Positions 54,142 through 63,819 of a DNA stretch of 64,000 bases are shown here, one piece after another. Each line of letters begins with the position of its first letter. Position 1 is the first letter of the stretch. Source of the stretch: Candidatus Latescibacterota bacterium (GTDB lineage: Bacteria; Latescibacterota; UBA2968; UBA8231); assembly GCA_965248265.1 (NCBI GenBank), contig CBDFJF010000002.1:672001-736000 (forward strand). The letters run 5' to 3'. Position numbers and translations under genes: made by a program. The notes beneath the pieces were generated by a model. That model saw only the letters and a list, made by a program, of their open reading frames with translations, ran no database searches and was not told the DNA's origin.

Positions 54142-56088
54142 TTGGCTGTGACGCCATCGTCGTCGCCCTTCACTGCCAAGGGTTTTCTGGTCGGTGCGAT
54201 CGGCTCGCTGCTGGTAAGCATGTGCGCGCCCTACGTCGTGTTCATGCTCCAGGCTTCGTCCATGGGCATCAACAGCTCCTCCCCGGGCGCCATCTTCTTC
54301 TTTTTCATCCTCGTATTCGTAGTCAATACCCTGCTCGGCCTGATCAAGCGGCGTTTCGCTCTGGGTCGAGGCGACCTCGTCCTCGTCTACGCCATGCTGA
54401 TGATGGCGGTGACGGTGCCGACGTACAATTTTGTCAACTACTTGCTGGCGATGGTCACGGGACCGTACTACCTGGCCAGTGCCGAGAACGAGTTCGAGCA
54501 GGTCTATCACCCACACATCGCCGACTGGATGGTGCCGCAGGATCATCAGGCGATCGTCGGTTTGTTCGAGGGGTTGCCGCGGGGGCAGTCGATCCCGTGG
54601 GGTGCCTGGGTCGAGCCACTCGGGTACTGGTTCGCCTTCTTCCTGGCGCTCAGCTTCATGATGATCTGCATGGGCACGATCCTGCACCGGCAGTGGTCGC
54701 AGCACGAGCGCCTGAGCTATCCGATGGTGCAGCTGCCGACCAAGATGATCGAAGGCAGCGATTCAACCTCTGCCCGCATACTGCCGTTCTTCAAGAGCAA
54801 GGCCATGTGGGTGGGGTTTGCCGTCCCCTTCACCCTGTTCAGTTTCACCGGGTTGCACCACTACTATCCCGGTGTGCCCGATTTCCCCTTCTACCTGGGA
54901 TGGGTGCACTGGTTTCGCGGTCTGGATGCCTGGGGCGAGGGGATCGCGCTGAGCTACGCCTGGGTCGGATTTTTCTACCTCGTCGATCTCGATATCTCTT
55001 TCAGCATCTGGTTTTTCTACCTGATGCTGAAACTGCAGGGTGGATTGTTCCGCCATCTGGGCATCGCCAGTACCGAAAAACTGAGCCAGTACGAGTACTC
55101 GCAGACAGCGGATTTCTCCCATCAGGCGGCTGGAGCCGTCATCGTCTTCGTCCTCTACGGCTTGTGGATGGCTCGTGGCCACCTGCGCGATGTCATCATC
55201 AAGGCCTGGCGTCCGTCGCAAGGCGTCGACGACAGTGAGGAGCTGATGCCCTACCGCCTGGCCTTCTTCGGCGGTATCGCTTCAGCCCTGTTCGTGTGTG
55301 TGTGGTTGTGGCGCTCGGGCATTCCGCTGATCGTCGTTCCCGTGTTCTTCGCCATCTGCATCATCTATTACATCTTCATCACCCGCGTCGTCGCCGCCAG
55401 CGGGGTGCCGACGGCCCGTCCACCTCTGGTCGCTCCGTACTTCGTGATCTCGGGCATGGGAACATCGATTCTGGGAGCCAAGGGCCTGGTGGCGATGGGG
55501 TTTACGATGGTATGGCAGGCGGAGATGCGCCTGTTTCCGATGCTGGCCTGTGCCAATGCGCTCAAGCTGGCGGAGACCGTTCGCGGTCCCAAGAGGCGGC
55601 TGCTGTGGGGCATGCTGCTGGCATTGGTCTGCGGACTGGTGGGTTCCACCTGGGTGAACATGCACATCGGTTACGGCTATGGTGGCAATAACCTGGGAAG
55701 CTATCCCGGATTCGCCTATAACTGGGATTACATGCTATCGTGGATGCACAACCCGACGGAAGCCAATGTCAGAGGATGGTTCTTCACCGGCATCGGCGGT
55801 ACCATCGAGGGATTGCTGCTGCTGGCACAAAAGCGCTGGTTCTGGTGGCCGCTGCATCCGCTCGGGTTCACGGTAGCCGTCGGCTGGTTGACCAGCGAAA
55901 TCTGGTTCCCCGCCTTCGTGGCCTGGATTCTCAAGCTCGCCATCGTCGGCTACGGCGGTGTCCGTCTGTATCAGTTGTTCAAGCCATTCTTTCTGGGAAT
56001 GATTCTGGGTGAGGTGACGGTGGCCGGGTTCTGGGCCTTCGTCGATTCGATTACGGGTGCCACGGGAAATGTCATCACCTATATGTGA
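54142..56088 (+). CDS. DUF6785/DUF6784-type polytopic membrane protein (putative OPT-like transporter)
   Basis: Many TM helices; IPWGAW..PL, RQW...ERLSYP, WWPLHPLG, PFFLGMILGE. Confidence 0.7.
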   Translation: MAVTPSSSPFTAKGFLVGAIGSLLVSMCAPYVVFMLQASSMGINSSSPGAIFFFFILVFVVNTLLGLIKRRFALGRGDLVLVYAMLMMAVTVPTYNFVNYLLAMVTGPYYLASAENEFEQVYHPHIADWMVPQDHQAIVGLFEGLPRGQSIPWGAWVEPLGYWFAFFLALSFMMICMGTILHRQWSQHERLSYPMVQLPTKMIEGSDSTSARILPFFKSKAMWVGFAVPFTLFSFTGLHHYYPGVPDFPFYLGWVHWFRGLDAWGEGIALSYAWVGFFYLVDLDISFSIWFFYLMLKLQGGLFRHLGIASTEKLSQYEYSQTADFSHQAAGAVIVFVLYGLWMARGHLRDVIIKAWRPSQGVDDSEELMPYRLAFFGGIASALFVCVWLWRSGIPLIVVPVFFAICIIYYIFITRVVAASGVPTARPPLVAPYFVISGMGTSILGAKGLVAMGFTMVWQAEMRLFPMLACANALKLAETVRGPKRRLLWGMLLALVCGLVGSTWVNMHIGYGYGGNNLGSYPGFAYNWDYMLSWMHNPTEANVRGWFFTGIGGTIEGLLLLAQKRWFWWPLHPLGFTVAVGWLTSEIWFPAFVAWILKLAIVGYGGVRLYQLFKPFFLGMILGEVTVAGFWAFVDSITGATGNVITYM

Positions 56089-56845
56089 GCGGTCGGTCTC
56101 GATCGTCGTCATTCTGCTGGCAGGGTTAGTCGCAGCCGGATTAACCCACTGCGCACCGGATGAGAATGGCGCGGCTGACGGACAACGAGTGCGCTCGAGT
56201 GCTCCTGACTCAGCCGGTTTCTATCTGCGACGTGGCCGCCTTTACATGAAGGAGCACGTCTACTCACGAGCGATCGATCAGCTCACACAGGCCGTACGGC
56301 TGGACCCCGAATCCGCCCAAGCTCAGAGTCTGCTCGGCCTGGCGTACGCTCTCAGATTGAAGCCAGGCATTGCTATTCAGCATATCGACAAAGCCATCGC
56401 CCTCGACCCCGACAACGGCACTTATCACATGCACCTGGGTAAGGCTTATATGTTATTAACTGACTACGACCGAGCGAAGGGGGCTTACACACGCGCCATC
56501 GAGTTGGGGCTGAAGCGCGCCAAACCCTTTTACGATCTCGGTGTCATCAGTGAGCGCGAGGGTCAGCTACAAGAGGCCCGGACGTTCTACGAGAAAGCGA
56601 TCGAGATGGTTCCCGAGATGGCTGCTCCATGCAACCTGCGGCTGGGGATCATCGCTGAAAAACGGGGTGATCCCGCACGAGCCATCCATCTGCTGGCAGC
56701 AGCACTCGAAGCAGATCCTGATCTGACGGCGGCCCACTATCGCATCGCGCAGCTGTACCTGAAAACCGGAAGCCATGCACTGGCTGATCACCACCTGCAA
56801 CAGTTTCGCCACTTGAAGACAGCTGAAGGACGTGCTGGTGGCTGA
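56057..56845 (+). CDS. TPR lipoprotein (start uncertain)
   Basis: Hydrophobic stretch ending LTH-C, then about six TPRs. Confidence 0.8.
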   Translation: MPREMSSPICERSVSIVVILLAGLVAAGLTHCAPDENGAADGQRVRSSAPDSAGFYLRRGRLYMKEHVYSRAIDQLTQAVRLDPESAQAQSLLGLAYALRLKPGIAIQHIDKAIALDPDNGTYHMHLGKAYMLLTDYDRAKGAYTRAIELGLKRAKPFYDLGVISEREGQLQEARTFYEKAIEMVPEMAAPCNLRLGIIAEKRGDPARAIHLLAAALEADPDLTAAHYRIAQLYLKTGSHALADHHLQQFRHLKTAEGRAGG

Positions 56846-56922
56846 CCGACTTGACGCGCGGTCTTCGAGTTTGATATCGTCAGGAACCTACACAGACAAC
56901 CAGACAAAAGGAGAGTCTTCAA

Positions 56923-57723
56923 ATGGCCGCATACGACGGCAAGGTCGTCATCGTTACAGGTGGAGCCAAGGGTATCGGGGCCGGCATCTGCCGGGCTTTC
57001 GCCCGGGAGGGGGCACACGTCGCCTCCGTCGACATCGATATTACCGCAGGTGAGGCGATTGCTGTAGAGGGGAAAGCACTGGCTGGCGAGATCCGCTTCT
57101 TCGACGCGGATGTGTCGGAGGGCGATGTCTGCCGGAGCCTGGTAGCAGACGTAATCAATGCGTTCGGTGGTGGAGCAGACGTCCTGTGCAATAACGTCGG
57201 TATTCAACCAACGAACAGCTATCTGCTGGCTCACGAAACCCCGGATGATCTCTGGGATCGCATCATAGACGTCAACCTGAAGAGCCACTTCCTGATGACG
57301 AAACATTGTGTCCCGCACATGATGGAGAAGGGCAAGGGGGTCATCATTAACACCGCCAGCGTCCAGGGCCTGCAGTCAGCGAACCTCATAGCGGCGTACG
57401 CGGCCAGCAAGGGCGGTATCCTGTCCCTGACGCGGCAGCTGGCTCTGGATTACGCCCAGCACGGGATTCGCGTGGTGGCGGTGAATCCTGGTGGCATCGA
57501 GACGCCCCTCGTCGACGAGGCGGTCGCGGCTTTCGGCGTGGACCGCGACAAGTTCATGGTCGACTACGACAAGATTCACCCGATCGGCCGGCGCGGACAG
57601 CCGAGTGACATCGCCGCCGCCATGCTCTTTCTGGCCAGCGACCAGGCGTCCTTCATCACCGGTGAATACCTGTCCGTCGACGGTGGCCTGATGGCGAAAG
57701 GGGCGTGGGCGGATCTGGGGTAA
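56923..57723 (+). CDS. SDR family oxidoreductase
   Basis: TGGAKGIG, NNVG, NTASVQG, YAASK, ASFITGEYLSVDGG. Confidence 0.93.
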   Translation: MAAYDGKVVIVTGGAKGIGAGICRAFAREGAHVASVDIDITAGEAIAVEGKALAGEIRFFDADVSEGDVCRSLVADVINAFGGGADVLCNNVGIQPTNSYLLAHETPDDLWDRIIDVNLKSHFLMTKHCVPHMMEKGKGVIINTASVQGLQSANLIAAYAASKGGILSLTRQLALDYAQHGIRVVAVNPGGIETPLVDEAVAAFGVDRDKFMVDYDKIHPIGRRGQPSDIAAAMLFLASDQASFITGEYLSVDGGLMAKGAWADLG

Positions 57724-57831
57724 GCACCGTCAGCCGTGGCGACAAACTCATCATGACAGCACTATGGTTGACGACATGACGCGGAAGCCCTTCGGCGCTG
57801 CGGTTGCGTCGCCGTCGAGGGCATCGACTTC

Positions 57832-58689
57832 GTGATCTGGTTACTCCTCGCAGTACTCACCTCATTCAGTTTTGGCCAACTGTTCAAGTGGTCCCAACGC
57901 CGCGGCTTCTATGCGCCAGTTGTGGTGACGACGAACTACTTTGTCGTGGCCCTGATGCTGAGCGCCGTCCTGATTCTAGGCCGTGGCTTCAACCTCGATC
58001 TACAGGTTCTCCTGGTCGGCTCGGTAACTGGCGTGGCCTTCATCACTTCCATGCTGCTGTGGACGTGGGCATTGACCGTTTCGAACGTGACTACTGCGCT
58101 CATGGCATTCCGCTTGTCCATGCTCGTGCCCATCGTTGCCGGCGCCGTGGTGTGGCAAGAGGAGGTGTCCCGGGTGCAACTGCTCGGGATTTTTGTAGCG
58201 CTGTGCTCGTTGTTGTTGATGAGCATGGGGGGACGCGCCAGTGTCCAGCGCATCTCTCGTGTTCAGCAAGTCCTGATTGCCTTCGGCATATTCGTGATGC
58301 AGGGAATCTCGCAGCTGTGCAATCGTTGGGTGCGGCCAGCCGGTCTGGACGACCAGCATCTCGAGGTGATCGTGATCACGGCCACTACCGCCGCTGTGAT
58401 CGGGTCGGCGGCCGTGTTGCTGCTACCCCGGCACCCGGACAGTGCGCCGCGCGTGAGTCTGCCAGCTCTGCGTATGGGGGCGGGAATCGGCCTCTTCAAC
58501 GGCATCGCACTGGTTATCATGTTGATCGCCCTGAGCCGTTTCGACGGGGCTCAGTACTACCCGATCAACGGCTGCGCCGTCGTCATCATGGACTGCCTGT
58601 TCGCACATTTTCTGTGGAAAGAGCGCCTGTCAGCTCTTACCATCGCGGGAGCGGCATTGGGTGGCTGTTCGATGTTTCTGGTTTTTTGA
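57832..58689 (+). CDS. DMT/EamA family transporter
   Basis: About 10 TM helices in two repeats; VVWQEEV..QLLGI, FLWKERL. Confidence 0.8.
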   Translation: MIWLLLAVLTSFSFGQLFKWSQRRGFYAPVVVTTNYFVVALMLSAVLILGRGFNLDLQVLLVGSVTGVAFITSMLLWTWALTVSNVTTALMAFRLSMLVPIVAGAVVWQEEVSRVQLLGIFVALCSLLLMSMGGRASVQRISRVQQVLIAFGIFVMQGISQLCNRWVRPAGLDDQHLEVIVITATTAAVIGSAAVLLLPRHPDSAPRVSLPALRMGAGIGLFNGIALVIMLIALSRFDGAQYYPINGCAVVIMDCLFAHFLWKERLSALTIAGAALGGCSMFLVF

Positions 58690-58708
58690 AATCCGCTCTT
58701 CCCCTTTC

Positions 58709-59557
58709 CTACAGGTTCCAGCGGTCCTCGAAGGCCTCTTCCACGCTGAGCTTGACCATGCTGAAGCGCTTGGCCGAGGGGATGTGGCGGGCGGTCCATT
58801 TGACGGCGAACTCGATGTCGGCATCCGTGTAGCCGTCGTTTTTCAGGTCGGAATACTGGTCGAGGTCCTGCTCGAGGTGATCATCGGGCGGCATCTCGTG
58901 CACCAGCTCGTAGAACATCATCACCAGCACCGACTCCTGATCTGCGGTCAGCGAATCGGCAGGGGCCGGCGTTGTTTCCTCGACGGCGTCATCGCCGTCT
59001 GCTGAGGTCTGCAACTCCTGGGTGCCGGCATCCACCGCGTCTTCCTCCGTACCGGCAACGGCGGAAGCAGCTTCTTGGGTAGTGCTGTCATCGGGTACCC
59101 CTCCAGACTCGTAGAGTTTCTTGTAACGCGTGATCATATCATTGGCGTCGTTCAGCCGGTCTGCCAACACACGAATCAGATTCCGGTAGACCTTGATCCG
59201 CAGGTCCACGTGCCGATCGAGGAGGGATTCGAAATCGTGGTGCTCGATTCGGAGCAAGCGGGATGGCTCACTGGTGATGACGGTTGCCGACCGAGGCTTG
59301 CGATTCACGAATCCCATTTCGCCGACCGTCGTCACCGGACGTACGTCCGCAAGAGCGGTGCCATCACGGCTGACGATTTTGAGTGCGCCTTCAAGCAGGA
59401 TGAAGAAGCGACGACTCGCCGTTCCGTACTCGCAGATGACCTCGTCCACGGGGCATTTGGTCGTTTTGCAGATCTCCATGAAGAGCTTGACGTCGCGTGG
59501 TTTGAGGCCGAAAAACAGCGGCACCTTCTGCGTCAATTGCTGCGCCAGACTGGGCAC
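58709..59557 (-). CDS. Cyclic nucleotide-binding protein with an unknown C-terminal domain
   Basis: VPLFFGL, FFILLEG, VGEMGF..RKPRSATV phosphate-binding cassette; acidic linker; helical C-domain. Confidence 0.85.
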   Translation of the reverse strand: MPSLAQQLTQKVPLFFGLKPRDVKLFMEICKTTKCPVDEVICEYGTASRRFFILLEGALKIVSRDGTALADVRPVTTVGEMGFVNRKPRSATVITSEPSRLLRIEHHDFESLLDRHVDLRIKVYRNLIRVLADRLNDANDMITRYKKLYESGGVPDDSTTQEAASAVAGTEEDAVDAGTQELQTSADGDDAVEETTPAPADSLTADQESVLVMMFYELVHEMPPDDHLEQDLDQYSDLKNDGYTDADIEFAVKWTARHIPSAKRFSMVKLSVEEAFEDRWNL

Positions 59558-59560
59558 GGA

Positions 59561-59935
59561 TCAGGCCTCCCCTTCCATGACCTTGGAGATCTCGCCGGCA
59601 ATACGCTGTACCTTGAAAGGCTTGGCGACTACCTTCCTGACCTCGTGCTCCAGCAGAACCTCAAGGACTTTGGGTGTCAAGTATCCGGAGATGACGATGA
59701 TGGGAACCTGAGTGCCTTTCTTGCGTATGTAGCGGACGAAGTCGTCACCGTGAATGGCCGGCATCTTGATGTCGAGCAGCATGAGGGAGATGCTCTCTCG
59801 CTGCAGGATCGCCCAAGCCTCGGTCGCACGATCTGCTGTTGACGTTTCGTACCCCATGGCGAGGCTGATGTCGCGCAGCAGGTCGCGATATTCCTGGGAG
59901 TTATCGACGATCAAGATGCGCTTGGGCATCATCAC
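59561..59935 (-). CDS. Single-domain response regulator
   Basis: ILIVDN, LMLLDIKMP..HG, IIVISG, AKPF. Confidence 0.9.
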   Translation of the reverse strand: MMMPKRILIVDNSQEYRDLLRDISLAMGYETSTADRATEAWAILQRESISLMLLDIKMPAIHGDDFVRYIRKKGTQVPIIVISGYLTPKVLEVLLEHEVRKVVAKPFKVQRIAGEISKVMEGEA

Positions 59936-61178
59936 CCTCGTCGGTCACGGGTGCAGCATCCAAGATCGGCAGGGTCACCGTGAAGGTAGCGCCCTTTCCC
60001 TCCTGACTGTGTACGGCAATGGAGGCTCCATGATCCTCCAGAATTCTGAAGACGATGCTGAGGCCCAAGCCGGCACCGGTCTCCTCCTTGGTGGTGTAAA
60101 ACGGATCGAAGATGTGCTCCTTCACTTGATCAGACATCCCCAAACCCGAATCACACACCCGCACTTCTATGCAATCTCCTGACACCGCCGATGTGATGTC
60201 GATTTCTCCACCCTCAGGCATGGCCTCCGCGGCGTTCAGCATCAGATTCGTGAAAACTTCCTTTACATCAGCTGGATTGACGAAGGTTACAGGCAAGGTG
60301 GCCAATTCCGTTTTCCAGGTAATCTCTCCATGTCCCGCTCGCGATTGTTCGGCCAGCGCTCCGGCATCCGCCGCCGCCGCGGTCACCAACTCATTGATAT
60401 TCTCGGCGGTGCGGCTGCGCCCGACGCCCAACCGAGTGGCACGATGAATCCGATTGATGAGCTCTTGTCCTTCTTCCGCCGACGCCAGGATGGCAGACAT
60501 CGCCTGCTCAGGCTCCTTGCCAAAGTTGAGGAACAGATCGGCTCTTCCAATGATGAGTCCCAGGATATGGCGCACGGTATGAGTGACGTCCGCGGCCAGA
60601 TCGCCGAGAGCGCGCAACTGCTCGAGTTGCGCGATTTTGTTTTGTGCCGCTTTGAGCTCCCGGTAGGCCTGAGACAGGTTCGTGTGTAACCGTGCGTTGT
60701 GTAGGGCGGCTGCTGCCTGGAGGGCGAACGAATGCAACAGGGACTCGTCATTGTCGTCGAACGGCCCGACTTCGCCTTCGCGTCCTTCCCGGTCAGCTAC
60801 GAGCAGCAGGCCAGACATGACATCGCGGCACTCGAGTGGGACGATGCAGACGAAGCGGAAGCCGTCGACGCTGCTCTCGCACTGGACCATCTCGCGCGTT
60901 TGCCAAGCCTGCTCGAGTTGAGGAATCGTGGTTGCCGAAGCGGCATCTTGCCCGAGCCCTGCACTGCCCATAACCTCGAACGACGCCCCATCCTGTTCGC
61001 GCATCAGTAGCAGAGCCGAACGAGCATCGACCATCATCACCGCTCGCTGCAACAACTGCTCGGCGACGCGAAGTGGGTCGAGGGATTCGCTCAATGCGAG
61101 GCCGACTTCATACAGCATCTCCATCTGCATGAGCCGCCTGCGGCCCTCGAATCCAGTCGCTTCACTATCCGTGTTCAT
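59901..61178 (-). CDS. GAF-domain histidine kinase
   Basis: GAF ending AALHNARLH; H-box ADVTHTVRH; NLMLNAAEAM; DSGLGM; IFDPFYTTK; GAGLGL; start set at MNTDSE. Confidence 0.9.
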   Translation of the reverse strand: MNTDSEATGFEGRRRLMQMEMLYEVGLALSESLDPLRVAEQLLQRAVMMVDARSALLLMREQDGASFEVMGSAGLGQDAASATTIPQLEQAWQTREMVQCESSVDGFRFVCIVPLECRDVMSGLLLVADREGREGEVGPFDDNDESLLHSFALQAAAALHNARLHTNLSQAYRELKAAQNKIAQLEQLRALGDLAADVTHTVRHILGLIIGRADLFLNFGKEPEQAMSAILASAEEGQELINRIHRATRLGVGRSRTAENINELVTAAAADAGALAEQSRAGHGEITWKTELATLPVTFVNPADVKEVFTNLMLNAAEAMPEGGEIDITSAVSGDCIEVRVCDSGLGMSDQVKEHIFDPFYTTKEETGAGLGLSIVFRILEDHGASIAVHSQEGKGATFTVTLPILDAAPVTDEGDDAQAHLDRR

Positions 61179-61372
61179 TGCGCTCTCTTCCGCCCCGGTT
61201 AGGTTTGCCCTAAGATATTGCAAAAGCAGACGATTAACCCAAAAAAAGTCGGCAGCGCCGTGGACCAATCTCGGCGCTCGGGCAACAACAGTACGCACTC
61301 GAGCCATCGTGAAGCCGTATATTGTAGCATGATCTAAACGGGGCCCAGGCGAACAGGAACGGAGATATTGCT

Positions 61373-61783
61373 GTGGAAGACAAACGCAACGATGTCGATC
61401 TGATCATTCCCATGATACCGGACATGGAGCTGACGGCCAGTAAGACCGCCGAGGCCGTGGGCGAGTTCATGGAGTTGGATAAGGACAAGATTGACGAAAT
61501 CAAGCTAGCCCTTATCGAAGCTTGCATCAACGCGATAGAGCACAGCAAGAGCGAAGATCGACGAGTCAGCATCAATTTCGAGATCGGTGAAGAAGAGTTG
61601 ACCCTTTACATATCTGACCGCGGAAAGGGCTTCGATCTCGTCAAGGTCCATGAGGAGCTCGGTCGAGGAGCTCGCGCAGATCGTCGTGGGTGGGGGCTCA
61701 AGATCATGGAAGAATTGATGGACCGGGTTGAGGTCAACTCCGACGAGAGCGGCACCATGATTACGATGATCAAGCGCCGCTGA
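61373..61783 (+). CDS. RsbW/SpoIIAB-like anti-sigma factor Ser kinase
   Basis: IKLALIEACINAIEH, ISDRGKGFD, RGWGLKIMEELMD. Confidence 0.9.
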   Translation: MEDKRNDVDLIIPMIPDMELTASKTAEAVGEFMELDKDKIDEIKLALIEACINAIEHSKSEDRRVSINFEIGEEELTLYISDRGKGFDLVKVHEELGRGARADRRGWGLKIMEELMDRVEVNSDESGTMITMIKRR

Positions 61784-61794
61784 AAAGGGAAGGA

Positions 61795-63780
61795 ATGGCA
61801 GCTGACGGTCACTCTGAGCGCCTGACGCAGGAGCTTCAAGACGCGAACTTTCAGCTCAACCGAAAGCTGGCGCAGATGGAGACCCTGCACGAAGCGGGTT
61901 TGAATCTCAGTGCGTCGTTGCAGGTCCAGGAAGTAATCGAGGAGTTTCTGCGCAATGCTGTCGCCGTCGTAGACGCGGGCAGCGGTTTTCTATTCCTCAA
62001 GAACGAAAAGACGAGACACTTCGGCGTGGCTGCGCATGCGAACATGAGCGAGACACAACAAGAGATGCTCAAGGATCCCGCATTCCGAAAGCATATGCAG
62101 CGTGTGCTGAAGGGTCGCTCGTTTATGATGCTCGGCGAAGGAGATTTCCCCACGGGGTTCTCAGGGCGTCACGTACTGGTGGTTCCAGCCCCTCCTGTGG
62201 GTTTCATAGGCGTGATTGACAAAGAAAGTCGCGAGGGGGTGCAGCCCTTCGAGGATGAGGACGGCCAGCTGCTGGGATTGATGGGGCAGCATGCCGGGAT
62301 GGCTCTCGCCAACGCGCGCCTCTACCGGCAGATGGTCGAAGAGAAGAACCTGGCCTTGAATATCTTCGACAGCGTCGCAGACGGTGTGATCTCGGTGGAT
62401 TTGCAGGGGACGATCATTCGCGTTAACCACGCTGTGAAACGGATGTTCAGCGATGAGAAGGTGTTCTTCGGCAAATCCTGTATCAATCTTTTCAAGCGCC
62501 TGGGGTGCATGAATATCGCTCAGGCCGTCCTGTTTTCGCTCGAAGACGGACACCCCCGTGCTGTGACGAATGACGAGCCCCGGGTCGAAGGTCGGGGTCC
62601 GGACGTCAACCTGAATGCGAAGATCACCCCCCTACGTGGCCAACAGGGCGAAATGGAGGGACTCGTCCTGGCGTTGGAGGATCTCACAGAAGAAACCCGC
62701 GTGCGCGACATGTTCAAGCAGTTCGCCAGCGACCAGGTGGTCGAGTTGCTCTTGAAAGATGGCTCGGCACCGGCCCTGGGTGGACAGACGCTCCAGGCGA
62801 CGATGTTGTTCATGGATATTGCGGGCTACACCGAGCTGCTGGGCAACATTGGCAGCGAAGAGATGGTGCGCCTGATGAACGACTGTTACACCCGCATGGT
62901 GGACATTGTCTTCAAGCACAACGGCACGCTCGACAAATACACGGGAGACGGATTCTTCGTCGTTTTCGGAGCGCCGCTCAGCCTGGACAACGACAGCCAC
63001 AGGGCTGTTCAATGTGCCTTGGAGATTGTGCAGGAACTGGATCGATTCAACACTGCGCACAAGCTCTCCTTTGGCGTCCGCCTGGGCATCAGTCGAGGCA
63101 CCGTGGTGGCCGGCAACATCGGTTCACCACGTAGAATGGAATACAGCGTAATCGGGCCAGACGTCAATCTGGCCCAGCGGTTGTGTGACCAGGCTCTGTC
63201 CGGAGAGATTCTGATCGGAGAAAGCGTTTTCGCGGAAGTTGCTGAGCAGTTCGAGCTCGCTACCATCGGCAGGCTGCGTTTCAAGGGGATTCGCGAACCG
63301 CTGGACGTGTATCAGGTCGTGGGTCCCACCGGCGTCCGCCTCTTGCCGGAGCGGGCAGGCCGGGCGCGAAAGGATGGGGCGACTGTCGATCTGAACATCC
63401 CGATGGAGTCATCCATGGAGCTCACGGCAAGCAACACGGCCGCGTCCGTGGCTGGACTCATGGGGCTCGATCCCATCAAGACCGACGAAGTCAAGCTTGC
63501 CGTGATCGAAGCCTGCATCAACGCCTTCGAACACAGTCAAAGCAAGGACCAGCGTCTCAACGTGGGTTTTTCGATCGGCGAGAAAGAGTTCACCGTGGTG
63601 ATGACCGACCGCGGGCATGGCTTCGATGTGTCGGAGGCCGCCTCCAAAGTCAAGAAGCGAAGAGCTCGTGGCGACCAGCGCCGTGGCTGGGGCCTGGAGC
63701 TCATCGACACCTACATGGACGAGGTTGAGATTGAATCCGGTCAGGACGGCACGATCCTGACGCTGGTCAAATATCGGTAA
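61795..63780 (+). CDS. GAF-PAS-class III adenylate cyclase fused to a C-terminal RsbW-like kinase domain
   Basis: GAF; PAS (VADGVISVD); cyclase LFMDIAGYT, LDKYTGDG, GNIGS, EYSVIG.DVNLAQRL; then VIEACINAFEH, TDRGHGFD, RGWGLELI. Confidence 0.9.
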   Translation: MAADGHSERLTQELQDANFQLNRKLAQMETLHEAGLNLSASLQVQEVIEEFLRNAVAVVDAGSGFLFLKNEKTRHFGVAAHANMSETQQEMLKDPAFRKHMQRVLKGRSFMMLGEGDFPTGFSGRHVLVVPAPPVGFIGVIDKESREGVQPFEDEDGQLLGLMGQHAGMALANARLYRQMVEEKNLALNIFDSVADGVISVDLQGTIIRVNHAVKRMFSDEKVFFGKSCINLFKRLGCMNIAQAVLFSLEDGHPRAVTNDEPRVEGRGPDVNLNAKITPLRGQQGEMEGLVLALEDLTEETRVRDMFKQFASDQVVELLLKDGSAPALGGQTLQATMLFMDIAGYTELLGNIGSEEMVRLMNDCYTRMVDIVFKHNGTLDKYTGDGFFVVFGAPLSLDNDSHRAVQCALEIVQELDRFNTAHKLSFGVRLGISRGTVVAGNIGSPRRMEYSVIGPDVNLAQRLCDQALSGEILIGESVFAEVAEQFELATIGRLRFKGIREPLDVYQVVGPTGVRLLPERAGRARKDGATVDLNIPMESSMELTASNTAASVAGLMGLDPIKTDEVKLAVIEACINAFEHSQSKDQRLNVGFSIGEKEFTVVMTDRGHGFDVSEAASKVKKRRARGDQRRGWGLELIDTYMDEVEIESGQDGTILTLVKYR

Positions 63781-63819
63781 TTGAAATCAAAAACGCCTTT
63801 GCGAACGGAGATCGAAGCG

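Noticed and set aside
61179-61372. SigB/SigF-type promoter or CRP site in the divergent signalling intergenic region
   Set aside because: Only weak partial matches; not supportable by eye.
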